From contig NC_082731.1 in NCBI RefSeq assembly GCF_030144855.1, positions 23,932,001-23,996,000 on the forward strand: a DNA stretch of 64,000 nt, written 5' to 3'. Numbering within the stretch: position 1 is the first letter of the stretch; each line of letters starts with the position of its first letter. Under the pieces are notes generated by a model. The model saw only the letters and a list, made by a program, of their open reading frames with translations, had not been told where the DNA came from and searched no databases. The DNA is from Hypanus sabinus. Its lineage: Eukaryota. Positions 1 to 11,245 of this stretch are shown piece after piece. The position numbers and the translations under genes are program-made.

Positions 1-1199
1 TCTTCTGCCAATTTCGACTGCATCTCCCTCCGTTATTTCCGTTTGCCGCTTTGTCATTCTATGCACTGGATGTAGATTCATTCTACGGAATCACATAACA
101 CAAGAAAATACTTAATCTTCCAGTTACTCTGCTTCATCATACGGGCATCGATACAGATCTCTAAAGCCTACCACAACGTACACAATTGCATTCCTACATT
201 CTATGAATTAATCAGCCTCCTCTCATTCTGTAACCTTTCGTGAGGTGCTCCTGACCTTCGTTCTATCGCATGTAGGTCTCTCAGTAACAGTAATTCTGCT
301 GATAACTATTCAGGCTAACCGAATGGCGACGCTGTATTGTTATAAAGAAATGGCTTCTCTGTAATATTACTTAATGCTTTGGTAGGTTTCTGTATCTAGA
401 ATATTTGTGTTATGACTGTAGATAAGGGGGTGAACTAACCAAAGGAGAATTGTTATGCTATCTTGCATGTGTAAGCTGAGTTGTGGTTCGCAATCTTTTT
501 CGGGAGGGGAGCAAGGAGGACGGACGTGTGAGGGGCGGCTAGCGGTTCCAGGGCGGCGGATAATGGACGTCAGCGGTTCGAACGATATCTCGGAAGTCTC
601 GGAAGGCCGTTGTGGATGGAACCGGCAGAGTGATCTCAAATACATTAAAATATTACGTGCAAAAACTGATAAACTTCCTGATTTGGCGAATTTAGGTTAT
701 TTGTTTCTCGTAACCCATCACTATGAAATAAGTATAAAGTCGCAATTAGTTACTCATCTTTGGTGTATGGTCTGATATTTGTGTTGCGTGCTTGTACTGG
801 GTGGATGGAGGCATTTCATAGTGTTTACACAGAAGTACTGCGCTATTGGCGGGGCGACGGCAGTTCACCGTAATTGAACGGGGGTAATTTGAGGGCACAG
901 ATGCTACACGTACTTATTAATTTTGGGGGTTTGGGCATTATAGGCAGCGCCAACTGTATTGTTCATCAGCAGCAATAATTTGCAAACTCTCGATGTTCTG
1001 AGAATGTGTACAGTAAAGGTTCATCCAGATGAAAGACACCCAGTGCTTAATTTGCCTCTGACACAGTTTTCAGAAACCAAATTTGACTGGGAACACATTT
1101 AGAGTTAAATGATTTTACTTTAATCATTCGATCGTCTGTTCGATAACACCAAAAATGGGCGAGACATTGTAAGGAATGACAATGTTTGTGGACACTTAC

Positions 1200-1257
1200 C
1201 GGGCTCGACCGTGACCGTTGTCCCCTTTCCTTCATGTGTATAAGTCTTCCAGTCATA
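1200..1257 (-). CDS. NAR-TCR J gene segment (cassette B), intact: YDWKTYTHEGKGTTVTVEP
   Basis: 58 nt (19 codons + 1). It carries the VNAR-type EGxG motif instead of W/FGxG. A phase-1 splice donor G|GTAAGT follows at 1194-1199, and a 23-RSS precedes it. Confidence 0.93.
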
Positions 1258-1296
1258 CACAATGATCCTGTTCTCAGTCTCCCCAATACAACAACT
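1258..1296 (+). other. 23-spacer recombination signal sequence of J (cassette B)
   Basis: CACAATG (1258-1264), a 23-nt spacer, then ACAACAACT (1288-1296). Confidence 0.93.
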
Positions 1297-1643
1297 ACAC
1301 TCACGTGAATATGCTTAGAATCGTCACAATTGGTTTTCCAATGTTTCCAGTGTCGTTAATTCAACAGATAGCATGTTGCATTCCGCATTTTCTGGCAGGT
1401 CAACATGCTCTTTGAAAGAGAAAAAAACAAAAACACAACCAAATTAAGATAAATAGCAGACCGATTCCGAGATGGAAAAAAAACATAGCAAACTTTTCAA
1501 ACAAAAACATTTATGAAACACGGAAATAAGAAATAATCTAATCAGACTACTGAGCAAACATTGTCGGGTTTGTATATTTTGTACAGTACATGCAGAACAC
1601 CTGCTTTAAAATCTTTTGTTTTATTTATACATAAAAAACATTC

Positions 1644-1671
1644 TTAAATTGTTCAGATCTCTTCGACTGTG
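1644..1671 (-). other. 12-spacer RSS on the J-facing side of D (cassette B)
   Basis: Minus strand CACAGTC, 12 nt, ACAATTTAA. The paralog at 62678-62705 reads CACAGTA-12-ACAAATAAA. Confidence 0.8.
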
Positions 1672-1687
1672 TGTACCCAATGAAGTA
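1672..1687 (-). CDS. NAR-TCR D gene segment (cassette B), TACTTCATTGGGTACA
   Basis: 16 nt flanked by two 12-RSS, between V and J. All three frames are open (YFIGY / TSLGT / LHWV). The position is conserved in cassette A. Confidence 0.82.
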
Positions 1688-1715
1688 CACAGTACCTCAG
1701 GTGAATCCCAAATCC
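1688..1715 (+). other. 12-spacer RSS on the V-facing side of D (cassette B)
   Basis: CACAGTA (1688-1694), a 12-nt spacer, then CCCAAATCC (6/9 match to ACAAAAACC). Confidence 0.75.
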
Positions 1716-2035
1716 CCCGAGGAATCGTTGAGAAAAGCGAGCAGGAATTAAATCCCAGCGATGGCGTTATCCGGTACCAAGTGCTCAGGATCGATTCGTC
1801 TGTCGTTGGCAACAAATGTGTGCTGTGTGTTTTTTAAATCTCTGTGGAATTGTATTGGCACAAACTTCAGAGCACCCACGTTCCCGCGACTGTAGAAGTA
1901 TTTTGACTGAACGTGATTAATAAAATATAAAACTGACAGTTAGCTAGACTGTAAGACGGATCGGAAAGAGGGATGTTAACTTTACCGGCATACCCATTTT
2001 GTTCCATCTGATTCAGGAGTAAGCTACAACCGGAG

Positions 2036-2073
2036 TTTTTTTGTACAGCGGGAAACCGAGGTCAATCATTGTG
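2036..2073 (-). other. 22/23-type RSS of the NAR-TCR V (cassette B)
   Basis: Minus strand CACAATG (2073-2067), a 22-nt spacer, then ACAAAAAAA (2044-2036). Confidence 0.9.
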
Positions 2074-2367
2074 CGTAAATCCATTCGTATTCAGCTTGAC
2101 AGTAATAGGTGCCGCTGTCTTCCACTCGAAGATCCCTAATATTCAACGAAAACTGCATGTCGGTTGTTTTAATCGAAGTAGAAAATCTCCCCCCGGCTGT
2201 GATCACTTTCCGTTCGGCCATTGATGGGGTCACCCTGAAGAATCTTCCAGTACTAAAATGGTATGTACCATAAGAACCAGGCTGTAAACGGCAGGTGATG
2301 GTGGCAGTCAGACACTCATTCAAGTTTATAGTACTGGGGTTCTGAGTCACCGACTGACTCAACGAAC
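2074..2367 (-). CDS. NAR-TCR V exon (IgNAR-like V domain), cassette B, open and intact
   Basis: After acceptor AG (2368-2369) it reads SLSQSVTQNPSTINLNECLTATITC...GGRFSTSIKTTDMQFSLNIRDLRVEDSGTYYCQAEYEWIY. Both canonical Cys are present. The 18 residues between the strand-C aromatic and the D-strand F match VNAR spacing (no CDR2). There is an extra Cys in the A'-B loop. Confidence 0.92.
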
Positions 2368-2505
2368 CTAGGATTAAAAGGAGGAAAGTGAGTTGAAATC
2401 AGAGTCGAAACACACAACAGAGTTAAACCAGAAGAATTCTTAAAACGCAGAATGGCTCAGACAGATTTAATGTAAACGTAATGTGGATGTGTGAAATGTA
2501 CTCAC

Positions 2506-2548
2506 GCCGTAAGCAGAACAAAAGTGTCAATAAAAAGAAGACTCCCAT
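2506..2548 (-). CDS. Leader exon of the NAR-TCR V (cassette B): MGVFFLLTLLFCLR
   Basis: ATG at 2548, a hydrophobic 43-nt exon, and phase-1 donor GTGAGT at 2505-2500. It splices in frame to the V exon. Confidence 0.9.
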
Positions 2549-3270
2549 CGTCAACCGGGAAGATTTTTGAACTGACGAGGACGTGGACCATCCGGCCGGC
2601 ACACTTAAGACAGAATTTGCTTCAGATTTGGACAGTGAACTTTCAACGACATGTTTGGTGAAGGACAGTTGGATGTTCTGATTTGGGTATTTGTTCAGGG
2701 TGAGGAAGCTCCTCCCATAAATACCTGATGTTCAACATACGTGACGGAGATGGCCTATCAGTGGACAAGTCTTTTTCATTCGCTAGTAAGCGGACGGCCT
2801 TTCAGAAATATTATATTATTTGCTATTTTTTTGATTTTGAGGATTGTGCCCCAGACTTCCAGAGAATATTTCAATTCTTAGACTGGTTCCTGATGGAACT
2901 CAGCCTCGGCCCTGATCTTAACGGCAGGTCGGTGGGACGAGTTGACAATCTCTCCCTCAGCTGGGAAGATTGTTCAAGTCATTTTCAGCCTTTGGATACA
3001 CCATTCCGTCATGACTACTCATAGCAGAAAATGTGGAAGAGAGTAATCCTGCATCCAAACAGGTTCAATTTTTGCATATTTTAGTGAAGACGTACCATAG
3101 GAATCCTTACTTCTCCCTTTGTATTCAAAGTCGACATCAATCTTCGCTTTGGTGTCCAGGTTGTTCGAGTATCTAGAAGTCTGTTGAAGAGAAAATAATT
3201 TTGATATCCAGTGAGGGAAAGCTCAGAGCCGGGGATCAGAAAGTTCAGTGCAAGTCAGTTATATAGAGGT

Positions 3271-3488
3271 NNNNNNNNNNNNNNNNNNNNNNNNNNNNNN
3301 NNNNNNNNNNNNNNNNNNNNNNNNNNNNNNNNNNNNNNNNNNNNNNNNNNNNNNNNNNNNNNNNNNNNNNNNNNNNNNNNNNNNNNNNNNNNNNNNNNNN
3401 NNNNNNNNNNNNNNNNNNNNNNNNNNNNNNNNNNNNNNNNNNNNNNNNNNNNNNNNNNNNNNNNNNNNNNNNNNNNNNNNNNNNNNNN
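3271..3488. other. Assembly gap (N run)
   Basis: Run of n. Confidence 1.
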
Positions 3489-4179
3489 TGATGACCGCTT
3501 GTAAAATTCTCTTCAATACTCCACAGTGACTATTGCCAGTGGAGGCTGATAAATTGACATTTAAGTGATTTGTTATGTATACAGGATCAATGGACGACAA
3601 AGCTATGTCAATACACTTGAGTGTTGTCAAGTGTGGGCTTGATCGTGAACTGATTTATGTCGGTCTGCCTTGGATCGTGCTCTGCAGGTTACATGTTGTA
3701 CTGTTCTCTGTTCTCTCTTCTACCTAAAGAACCAGGGTTAAGAGGCCACATCATATGCACAAGTCAATGGCAAATGCCAGAATTATATCGAATGTTAGGA
3801 ACTACTCAGCAGAGCAGCAATAACAAAACACGACAATCATTGAACTGATGAGGCTGGAAGAAGTTAATGATTAAATGAAAACTGGAAATGTGATGTGCCA
3901 CAGTAGAATTGAAGACATAGGAGATAGTGGAGTTTTGTTAATTGCTATTGGGTGTGGTTTTCTCCAGGATTTGAAATTAGATTAGGATTCTGTCAGATGT
4001 TACGGAAAATAATATGCAGAAATTTAACTTTTCCTGTACCTCCACAGTTACAGATAGTTTTTCTTTAATAATTATGGGAATGGCGCCACCAGCTGTACTG
4101 AAAACGTAGCAGAGAAATAAATAAGCAAGAAAACAAACAAGTAAATAAAAAATGAATACCTGAAATAATAAATTCATGA

Positions 4180-4232
<53 letters not shown>

Positions 4233-4240
4233 CAGACAGA
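4180..4240. repeat. (GATA)n/(GACA)n microsatellite
   Basis: About 12 TAGA units followed by GACA units. Confidence 0.97.
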
Positions 4241-4689
4241 CGGAGAGATCAATAGACAAACAGAAGATGTTATAAGCAAAAGTGGGCTTCGCAAGCTAGT
4301 GAAAACAGCATATGCAACTGATGATAATGAGACCGGAGCGCGAGAGGATGGAGGTCATTCAGGTTTCCCTATTGAGTATACACAACATCAACTGTAGCTG
4401 TTTGATGTTTACCCATAGAGCTATCGGTATACGAAGCGTGAGAAGACGTTGCAAAGCCAAGTTCGCGGACTGAGAACATAAGGTATCGATTTTCAGCGTT
4501 TTGGTGGTTTACACTGCAGTCATTCAGAGATCCCAACGCTGAGAAGACGGAGCTCTCAGGTACGCTGATTTGAATGAATAACCCATCAATTCATGACAGA
4601 TTCGCGTTTTGAACTACAAGATGGATCGATTGACAAGAACAAATTCGTAAAAGATAGACGAATATGGGCAGACATCGGTGGATTGAATT

Positions 4690-6230
4690 GCATTGAATTG
4701 AACTCAATTGACTTCATTTCTTGCATCCTTCATCAACATGATTGAGTATATATCTTTGGCAAACGTTACCGTCTAAATGTGCAATGTGCAATTTATTGTA
4801 AGTTAAAATAATTAGGATATGCAACAGGACAGTCAATATAACATCGAAAACGATTTACTCAGTTTATGGCCTGTTGGAAGAAGCTATCCCTGAGACTGTT
4901 GGTTCTGTCTTTTATGCTGCTATACACTTTGACCGATAGTAGTAGCTGGGACACTTTGTGGCTGGTGTGTCTCGGATGCCCAACCATGCTTCTGGCCCTG
5001 ATCGATCACCTGTATTAGTAAATGTCCAGAATAGTGGGAAGTTCACATCTACAGATGTGCTGGGCTGTCCGCACCACTCACTGCAGAGGTCTGCGATTGA
5101 CGCAGGTACATTTGCCATACCAGACGGTGAAGTTGCTAGTCAGGATTTTCTCCATTCTGCCTTATAAAAATCCTTACTATCTGAGAGCCAACACAAACCT
5201 TGAGAGGACCAAGGCAAACTAGAGGCGCTGTTGTGGCTTTTTCACCACACAGTTGGCATGTGAGGTTGTGCAGTTTGCCTCGGTGTTATTTGAGATTAGT
5301 ACAATTAGTCCAGTGTCGTCATCAAATTTGAATTATCACAGTGGAGCTGTGGGTGGGAACACAAGTAATGGGATACATTGCGTACCAACAGTAGCGGTGT
5401 GGCGTTAGTACACAGCCCAGAAGAGCACCAGCGTTGAGAGTCAGAGAACAAAGGTAGAGAGTCCACTTTTACGATCCGCCGGTAATCTAACAGGATGTCC
5501 AAGGTCCAGCTGAACATGGCAGGGGAAATGTCGAGGTCTATGATGTTTTGTCGAGCTTGGAGGGAACTATATGGTACAGTGCTGAACTAAAGTCCAAGAA
5601 TATCATTTTCGCTTAAGCATTACTCTTTTCAAGATGTGTAAGGACAGTGTATCGAGCTGGGGCTATTGCCTCATCTATCGATCGTTTGAGTTGGTAGGCG
5701 AATTGTTGGCGATCCGGTATGGGAGGTAGGCACGCTGCTCATGTAGTACCTGAGCAGCCTAACGTAGCATTTGATTATTATTGATGTGTCTGACATAAGG
5801 CGCCAGTCGGTCATGCATGTTAACTTGATATTTAAAGATATAAGAATCGTGGATGTTTTGAAACAGGAGCGCACTCTATACTAGGCGAGGTAGAGATTAA
5901 AACTGTACAAAATATTGGACCTGCCAGTGGTGCAGCGCACATCGTCAGTAACCGTGATGAGATGTCTTCCGGCCCCACAGCCTACTGACTGTCCACTGGA
6001 TAGAAACACCTGCGTACTTCGACCTCACTGATGACCAGGTTGCCGGTTACTTCATCTGCATCTCTCCTCAGGGGCTCAGTATTCGCGATGTCGGATCTTG
6101 CGTGTAAATATTTAGCTCGGTGAAGCAGAACCAGAGACTTTCCAAGCTCCACTGGATTTAGTTTTGAAGTCTAAGATATTTCTGCAGACCCTGCAATAAA
6201 TTCCGTGTGCAGTTCGTGGAAAGTTGAGTA
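4690..6230 (-). mobile_element. Degraded Rex1/Babar-like non-LTR retrotransposon (RT region)
   Basis: Minus-strand remnants VISEVEVRRCF...VGPEDISSRLLTMCAAPLAG and VVKKPQQRL*F, with an (ATTCA/ATTGA)-like tail near 4690-4710. Confidence 0.72.
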
Positions 6231-6479
6231 TGGATCTTGTTCATGTATTGGTGTTTCGTTGGCTTCATACCTTTGTGCAAATTGTTGCTCCATTTCTTGA
6301 GATCCTGCTGATTACCGACAAAATAAGCTCTGCGTTGAGTGATAATGCGGCGCTATGGGAACCGATGATCCCTATTGCCAGTTGCCAGGATTCGCCAGAA
6401 CGAGTTTTCAGAATTTCAGATGGGTGTTTGAACTATGAAACGCTGTGGCCCATGTACGTACAAGTGAAAATTATCGTAA

Positions 6480-6790
6480 GGCTCAGTAGGTTCTGTAATG
6501 ATTTGAAGGAATTATGTACTGCGCTAAAAGACGAGACATTCAGAGCTTCGAACTCTAGATTTCACCCTGTGCCTCGTCATCGACAGCCCAGAAGTTCGAA
6601 AGTGACAGGCTTAAACACATGGCTATGGATTTGCTCTAGGATGGAGGACGTAAGATTTTGGACACTCGGATCTCTTCCAATGAAATATTGTCCTGCACAG
6701 AACAGGCGGTTTGCACCTGAATTGGAAAGGGACCAATATCCAATTCAGAAGACTTGCTCGTGCTGTGCTGTAGAGTGACAGAACAAAAAG
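6480..6790 (+). mobile_element. CR1 ORF1 (SGNH esterase) remnant
   Basis: LNTWLWICSRMEDVRF...GLHLNWKGTNI matches the esterase tail of the longer CR1 at ~31760-31900. Confidence 0.65.
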
Positions 6791-8039
6791 TAGACTGAAA
6801 GGGGTTGATAATATTTGAGAGAAAGTCAGCAATCAGAACAATGAGAATCTAGCGCCGGATTTCCAGAGCCGTGTTTATTTCACGGTTGGAGGTGTCGTAA
6901 GAAAGTCGGTTGAGTTCAAAACATAAATGGAAGCAGATTATTATCATTTCGTAGCCATTAGTGTACCTTCGTTGTGGAATTGCTATGTCTTCCGAGGTCG
7001 TTTTACTTTAGACGCGGCTTTACGGCAGCAATTGCAGTTTGGGCATCACTGGTCAGTATTTCTGCTACTGTGAATCTTAAGAGAGTAGAAGATGAACTCT
7101 TCTCCAAAACTCATAACGTTAAAGAGGAAACATTACTTTCATTTTTTTAAGCAAGATTAGTGTATTATTGTTGCCTTATACAAATTTAGAGTCGCCAATT
7201 TCAAACAACATTTGCAAAGGTAATATCACGCACTTCTACCTCCTACCTTCGGAGTCGAGAATTCTAGTACACGATTTTTTCTGCTACCCAATGTGCAACT
7301 CCCTCTCCCAGACCTCTTACAATTCGAGCTCCAGCCACCTCTATTCCAAATACCAGAACCAAGACAGCATTCGTCACCTCTGTCCTAACTTGCCGACTCT
7401 GACGGAGCCGCCGCTAATTGGGAAAACATAACTGCGATTTGTTATAAATATCACTAATTCGCTGTTCAGTTGCGTCACGTTTTAGACCATTAAGGGAGTG
7501 GAAATTGATTAGCACTGTTGAGTTTAAATTGCACCATTGATACATAAACATTTAATGTATTTATACGTTCCAATACTTGAAGGATATCTTCATTCTTGTC
7601 AAAAGTAATTGAGGTATAATGATACCTGACAGGTGAGATTTGTTGCAAGAAATCAATATCGGACTTGGGGACTCCTCCTTGCCGGTGGCAGGGATTATAT
7701 TTGTAAATGGAGAACTTTGTTCTGACGGATCCAGCTACCTTTCATTTCTGTCAATTGTCACTAATACAACAGCTAATCTATATATCGTCTCAGGAGGATA
7801 TCGAACACAATCTCTACTATCCAGAATAGGGTTATTGGTCTCCACTTAATCTTGCCAAACACACAGTTTTGATCAACAACATAATTCCACGCCAGTTGGG
7901 AAACAGGATTCTGGCTTGTTTGAGGATTTTTCAGTTTGCCTCACCTACTCTTTTTCTCTGTAGTCGTTCTGCTACTCTCGATTATGTGTATCTGAAATAG
8001 ACATTAGTGACTGATGATCAGAAATTAGGGAAACTTGTT

Positions 8040-8720
8040 TCCCGTCCAGCCACTGGCTAAAATGCAGCGTGAAGCGCATCCTAGCGCGAAGACATTCCTG
8101 TCATCTTGTTGGATATTTTTTTTTTTCTGGAACGGTAAGGATATGTGAAACAAAAGGTATGGACCTTTCACTTCCATCGCTCATAACGTATGTCATGACT
8201 GCACCTATACCATTTGGACGGACGTGAAAGCAAATATGCATTGGACGTTGTGGATCACAATGATATTTGATTTCAGATTTGTGATTGTTGTGATTCCTTT
8301 TATAGGAGACAACTTGAGAGCATCTTGACTTGCTGTATCACTGTCTGGTACGGGAACGGTACACCCTTTTATCACAGCACTCGGCATAGTGTAATGCGGG
8401 CAGCCCAGCACATCTCTAGTTGTGAACTTCCCATGAGTCAGGATATTTACATGGACAGGTGTGTCTGTGTAAAAACGGCGGGTGGGATCATTGGGGACCA
8501 GAGTCACCATCAAGCACAATCTATTTCAGCTGTTACCATTGTGGAAATGGTACCGCAACATGAAAGGCAGTAGCAACAGGCACCGGGACAGCATCTCCCA
8601 CTAGAACAGCAGACTGATTAACTCACGCAGATTTGACGGTACTGTATATTACATCGACTGTTCTATTTATTATAAAGTACTATGATTGTATATTACACAA
8701 TTGGACTGAGACGTCCACAG
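8040..8720 (-). mobile_element. Rex1-like LINE 3' fragment
   Basis: Similar to 4900-5220 (e.g. 'gggcagcccagcacatct', 'tgacttgctgtatcac'). Confidence 0.65.
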
Positions 8721-10145
8721 AGATTCCTTTTTACTCCTCAGGTATGTGAGAAAAAAAGTAACGAACAGACATTTCAATTTTTGAGGCGTCCGTCTATGTT
8801 CTAATTTTCTGAGCACTCTTGCGTGTGAATGGATACGACCACTTTCGTTTAATGGTTTTTACACTTGGCGAAACGTACTCCGAGAACATGATCTTCTATC
8901 CATTTTAACCCTGTCTTTAGTTTTTGCAGATACTCCCTTTCATCCTCACCTGTTACAAGAATTCATTAAGGTAACAGTGTGTGTTTGAGAAGCATTGCTG
9001 AACCTGCTCGAGTGCCTTTGCAGATGATATTCCAAAATAATAGCCTATGATAGCGATAAAGCCCTTGTGTGTGTTTCCATAGGGAAAGATATTGAACTCT
9101 TCTTCCGTTTCCACCTGTAGGTAGGACTCAGATAATTCCTCTTTGATGAAGCCTTTCACGCGAGAACGTTTTGCAAAGATAACGTATATTCTGAGCAAAG
9201 GGATTGCTCTACGTTCAGAAATGGATTGATGATGTCATTAAGACACAACTGATCCTGACAGATGTATCATTACTGGCTAGAAGCTGATGGACAACTTCAG
9301 GATTCACGTTTTCCACTCAAACTAGGAAAACGTTCCCTCAGCCTTCATGCGATCTCGTTCAGCATGGTTGGTGCAGGGTACGGAGATGCTATGTAAAACT
9401 GGTGTGTGGAATTTTCAAATCAAAAATGAGTCCAATTCAATTTTAATTAATTACAGATTATGTTTGATTTAAACCTTAGAGTTTGTCTCTTGCTAGTTGA
9501 CATGTTAAATCTCAGATCAGCTCATTCCGCTGACACTGTTATCTTTATCAGACTTGCTTATCAATGCCAGGTTGATTGCTGCTTTTTTGAAAACTGCAAT
9601 TTTTTTTTTATATCACTCTCTTTCCTGTGCAGTCTAGTTACTTTCGACTGGCCACATACCTTACCATTTTGCGTTTCTGTAAGTTTCACCTTTAAAATTG
9701 CGTCGGTGAGCCCTATCAAAACGAATCACAATGTCTTCTACAGATACGTTTGATATATTTTTCCAATTTTTTTGAAGTTCAGTTTAATTCCTGACCGCAA
9801 CTGAAATGCGGGTCTGCTGCAGATATCATTGATATCAGACATGTTAACTGTTCTTTTAACAATGCCCGGTGTTTCAGTTACCAAGAGGGTTTTTAAGTGT
9901 TGTCTTGTAAATTTCCACGAACTCCAAGAAACCATCACGCTGTATTAACAGAGACTATCATCTAACTGTCAATGTTCCTTTATTTTTTTTTTCTATTCAA
10001 TCGCGTCGCTGAAATGGATTACACTTTCGTTCGATACCGCTTAAGCAAGCAAAAGAAAATGATCGAACTTGCTTTATATTTTATCCGATTTTCAATTATT
10101 ACGCAAATGCAACTATATTTCCGATATAGACAGACACATCCAGGG

Positions 10146-10353
10146 NNNNNNNNNNNNNNNNNNNNNNNNNNNNNNNNNNNNNNNNNNNNNNNNNNNNNNN
10201 NNNNNNNNNNNNNNNNNNNNNNNNNNNNNNNNNNNNNNNNNNNNNNNNNNNNNNNNNNNNNNNNNNNNNNNNNNNNNNNNNNNNNNNNNNNNNNNNNNNN
10301 NNNNNNNNNNNNNNNNNNNNNNNNNNNNNNNNNNNNNNNNNNNNNNNNNNNNN
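10146..10353. other. Assembly gap (N run)
   Basis: Run of n. Confidence 1.
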
Positions 10354-10839
10354 ATGAACCCGGTAATTACCTTTGTTCCTGACATTTTAAAATCTCGCAG
10401 TCTCTCTCTCTCTTTCACTCTCTGTCTCCCTTCCGAGGAAGAACGTGCAGCGTTATATTGCTTTTCTTACGTGGAATGTTTCTGTGTCCATTTTGAATTT
10501 AAAAGAAAGTGCTGCATATCCAAGAGAAGGTAATTGCTTCGGACTGGTTTTCAAAATACCTCGCCGTATTTCTTAGCAGTTCGATGGCAATACATCCGAA
10601 ATCCGCGGAGAGGATTGACGAGGAAATTAACGCTGCATTACGTGCATGAATATTACTGAGTATCAGGTCGGCAAAAGCAGGCTTGATAAATTATAACGAA
10701 GTCGAGAGACTTATTTCAAAGTCGAGAGATCAATATTGACGGTATTAAGAAAGGCCACGTGAAACAGCCCAATTAGCATAATAAACTTAAGAATGAAATG
10801 CACAATCAAAAAATGAAAGTCCAACGCTAAAACAGAGAA

Positions 10840-11245
10840 GCAAATGTGTTCGGGACAACTTCGTGTCCAGGACTTGAGAGAGGTATTTAAATTTATGTGG
10901 GCGACAGATAGAGTTGACGTGGTTAGGCCTTTTCCATTGAGAGCAGCGGAGATTCAGACAAGAGCACATGAGTTGGGAGTTAGGGGGCAAAAGTCTAAGG
11001 GTAACACGAGGGGGAATTTCTTTACTCAGAGACTGGAAGCTGAGTGTAACGAGCTTCCAGTAGAAGTGGTAGAGGCAGGTTCGGTATTGTCATTTAAAGT
11101 AAAGTTGGATAGGTATATGGACAGGAAAAGTATGGAGGGTTATGCGCTGAGTGCAGACCAATGGGACTAAGTGATACTAAACGTTCGGCACGGACGAAAA
11201 GGGCCGAGCTGGCCTGTTTCCTTGCTGTAATTTTTATACGGTTAT
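10840..11245 (+). mobile_element. 5'-truncated CR1 LINE (same subfamily as 30721-35027)
   Basis: Near-colinear with 34600-35027 (DRVDV...FPLR...KGNTRGNFFTQR...KLDRYMDRK) and with the same 3' UTR. Confidence 0.9.

Larger units (their letters stand above)
1..2885. repeat. Segmental duplication copy B (paralog of ~61040-63890) carrying the NAR-TCR leader-V-D-J
   Basis: Continuous colinear similarity, e.g. 1-60 'ctgccaatttcgactgcatctccctccgtta' vs ~61043 'ctgccaatttcgtctgcatctccctccgtta'. It runs through J, D, V, leader and promoter to 'gagaatatttcaat..tagac' (~2862-2883 vs ~63870-63890). Confidence 0.95.

Noticed and set aside
367-775. Short ORFs in the GC-rich part of the J-to-supporting-V intron
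   Set aside because: The paralog at ~61400-61810 has indels that break these frames, so they are non-coding.
3211-3630. ORFs spanning N runs (also ~10.0-10.5, 42.5-42.8 and 54.9-55.2 kb) and ORFs over microsatellites (e.g. 3977-4294, 23568-23971)
   Set aside because: Artefacts of gaps and low-complexity repeats.
8953-9198. 81-aa ORF bounded by splice-like signals
   Set aside because: No recognisable domain and no partner exons; likely chance.
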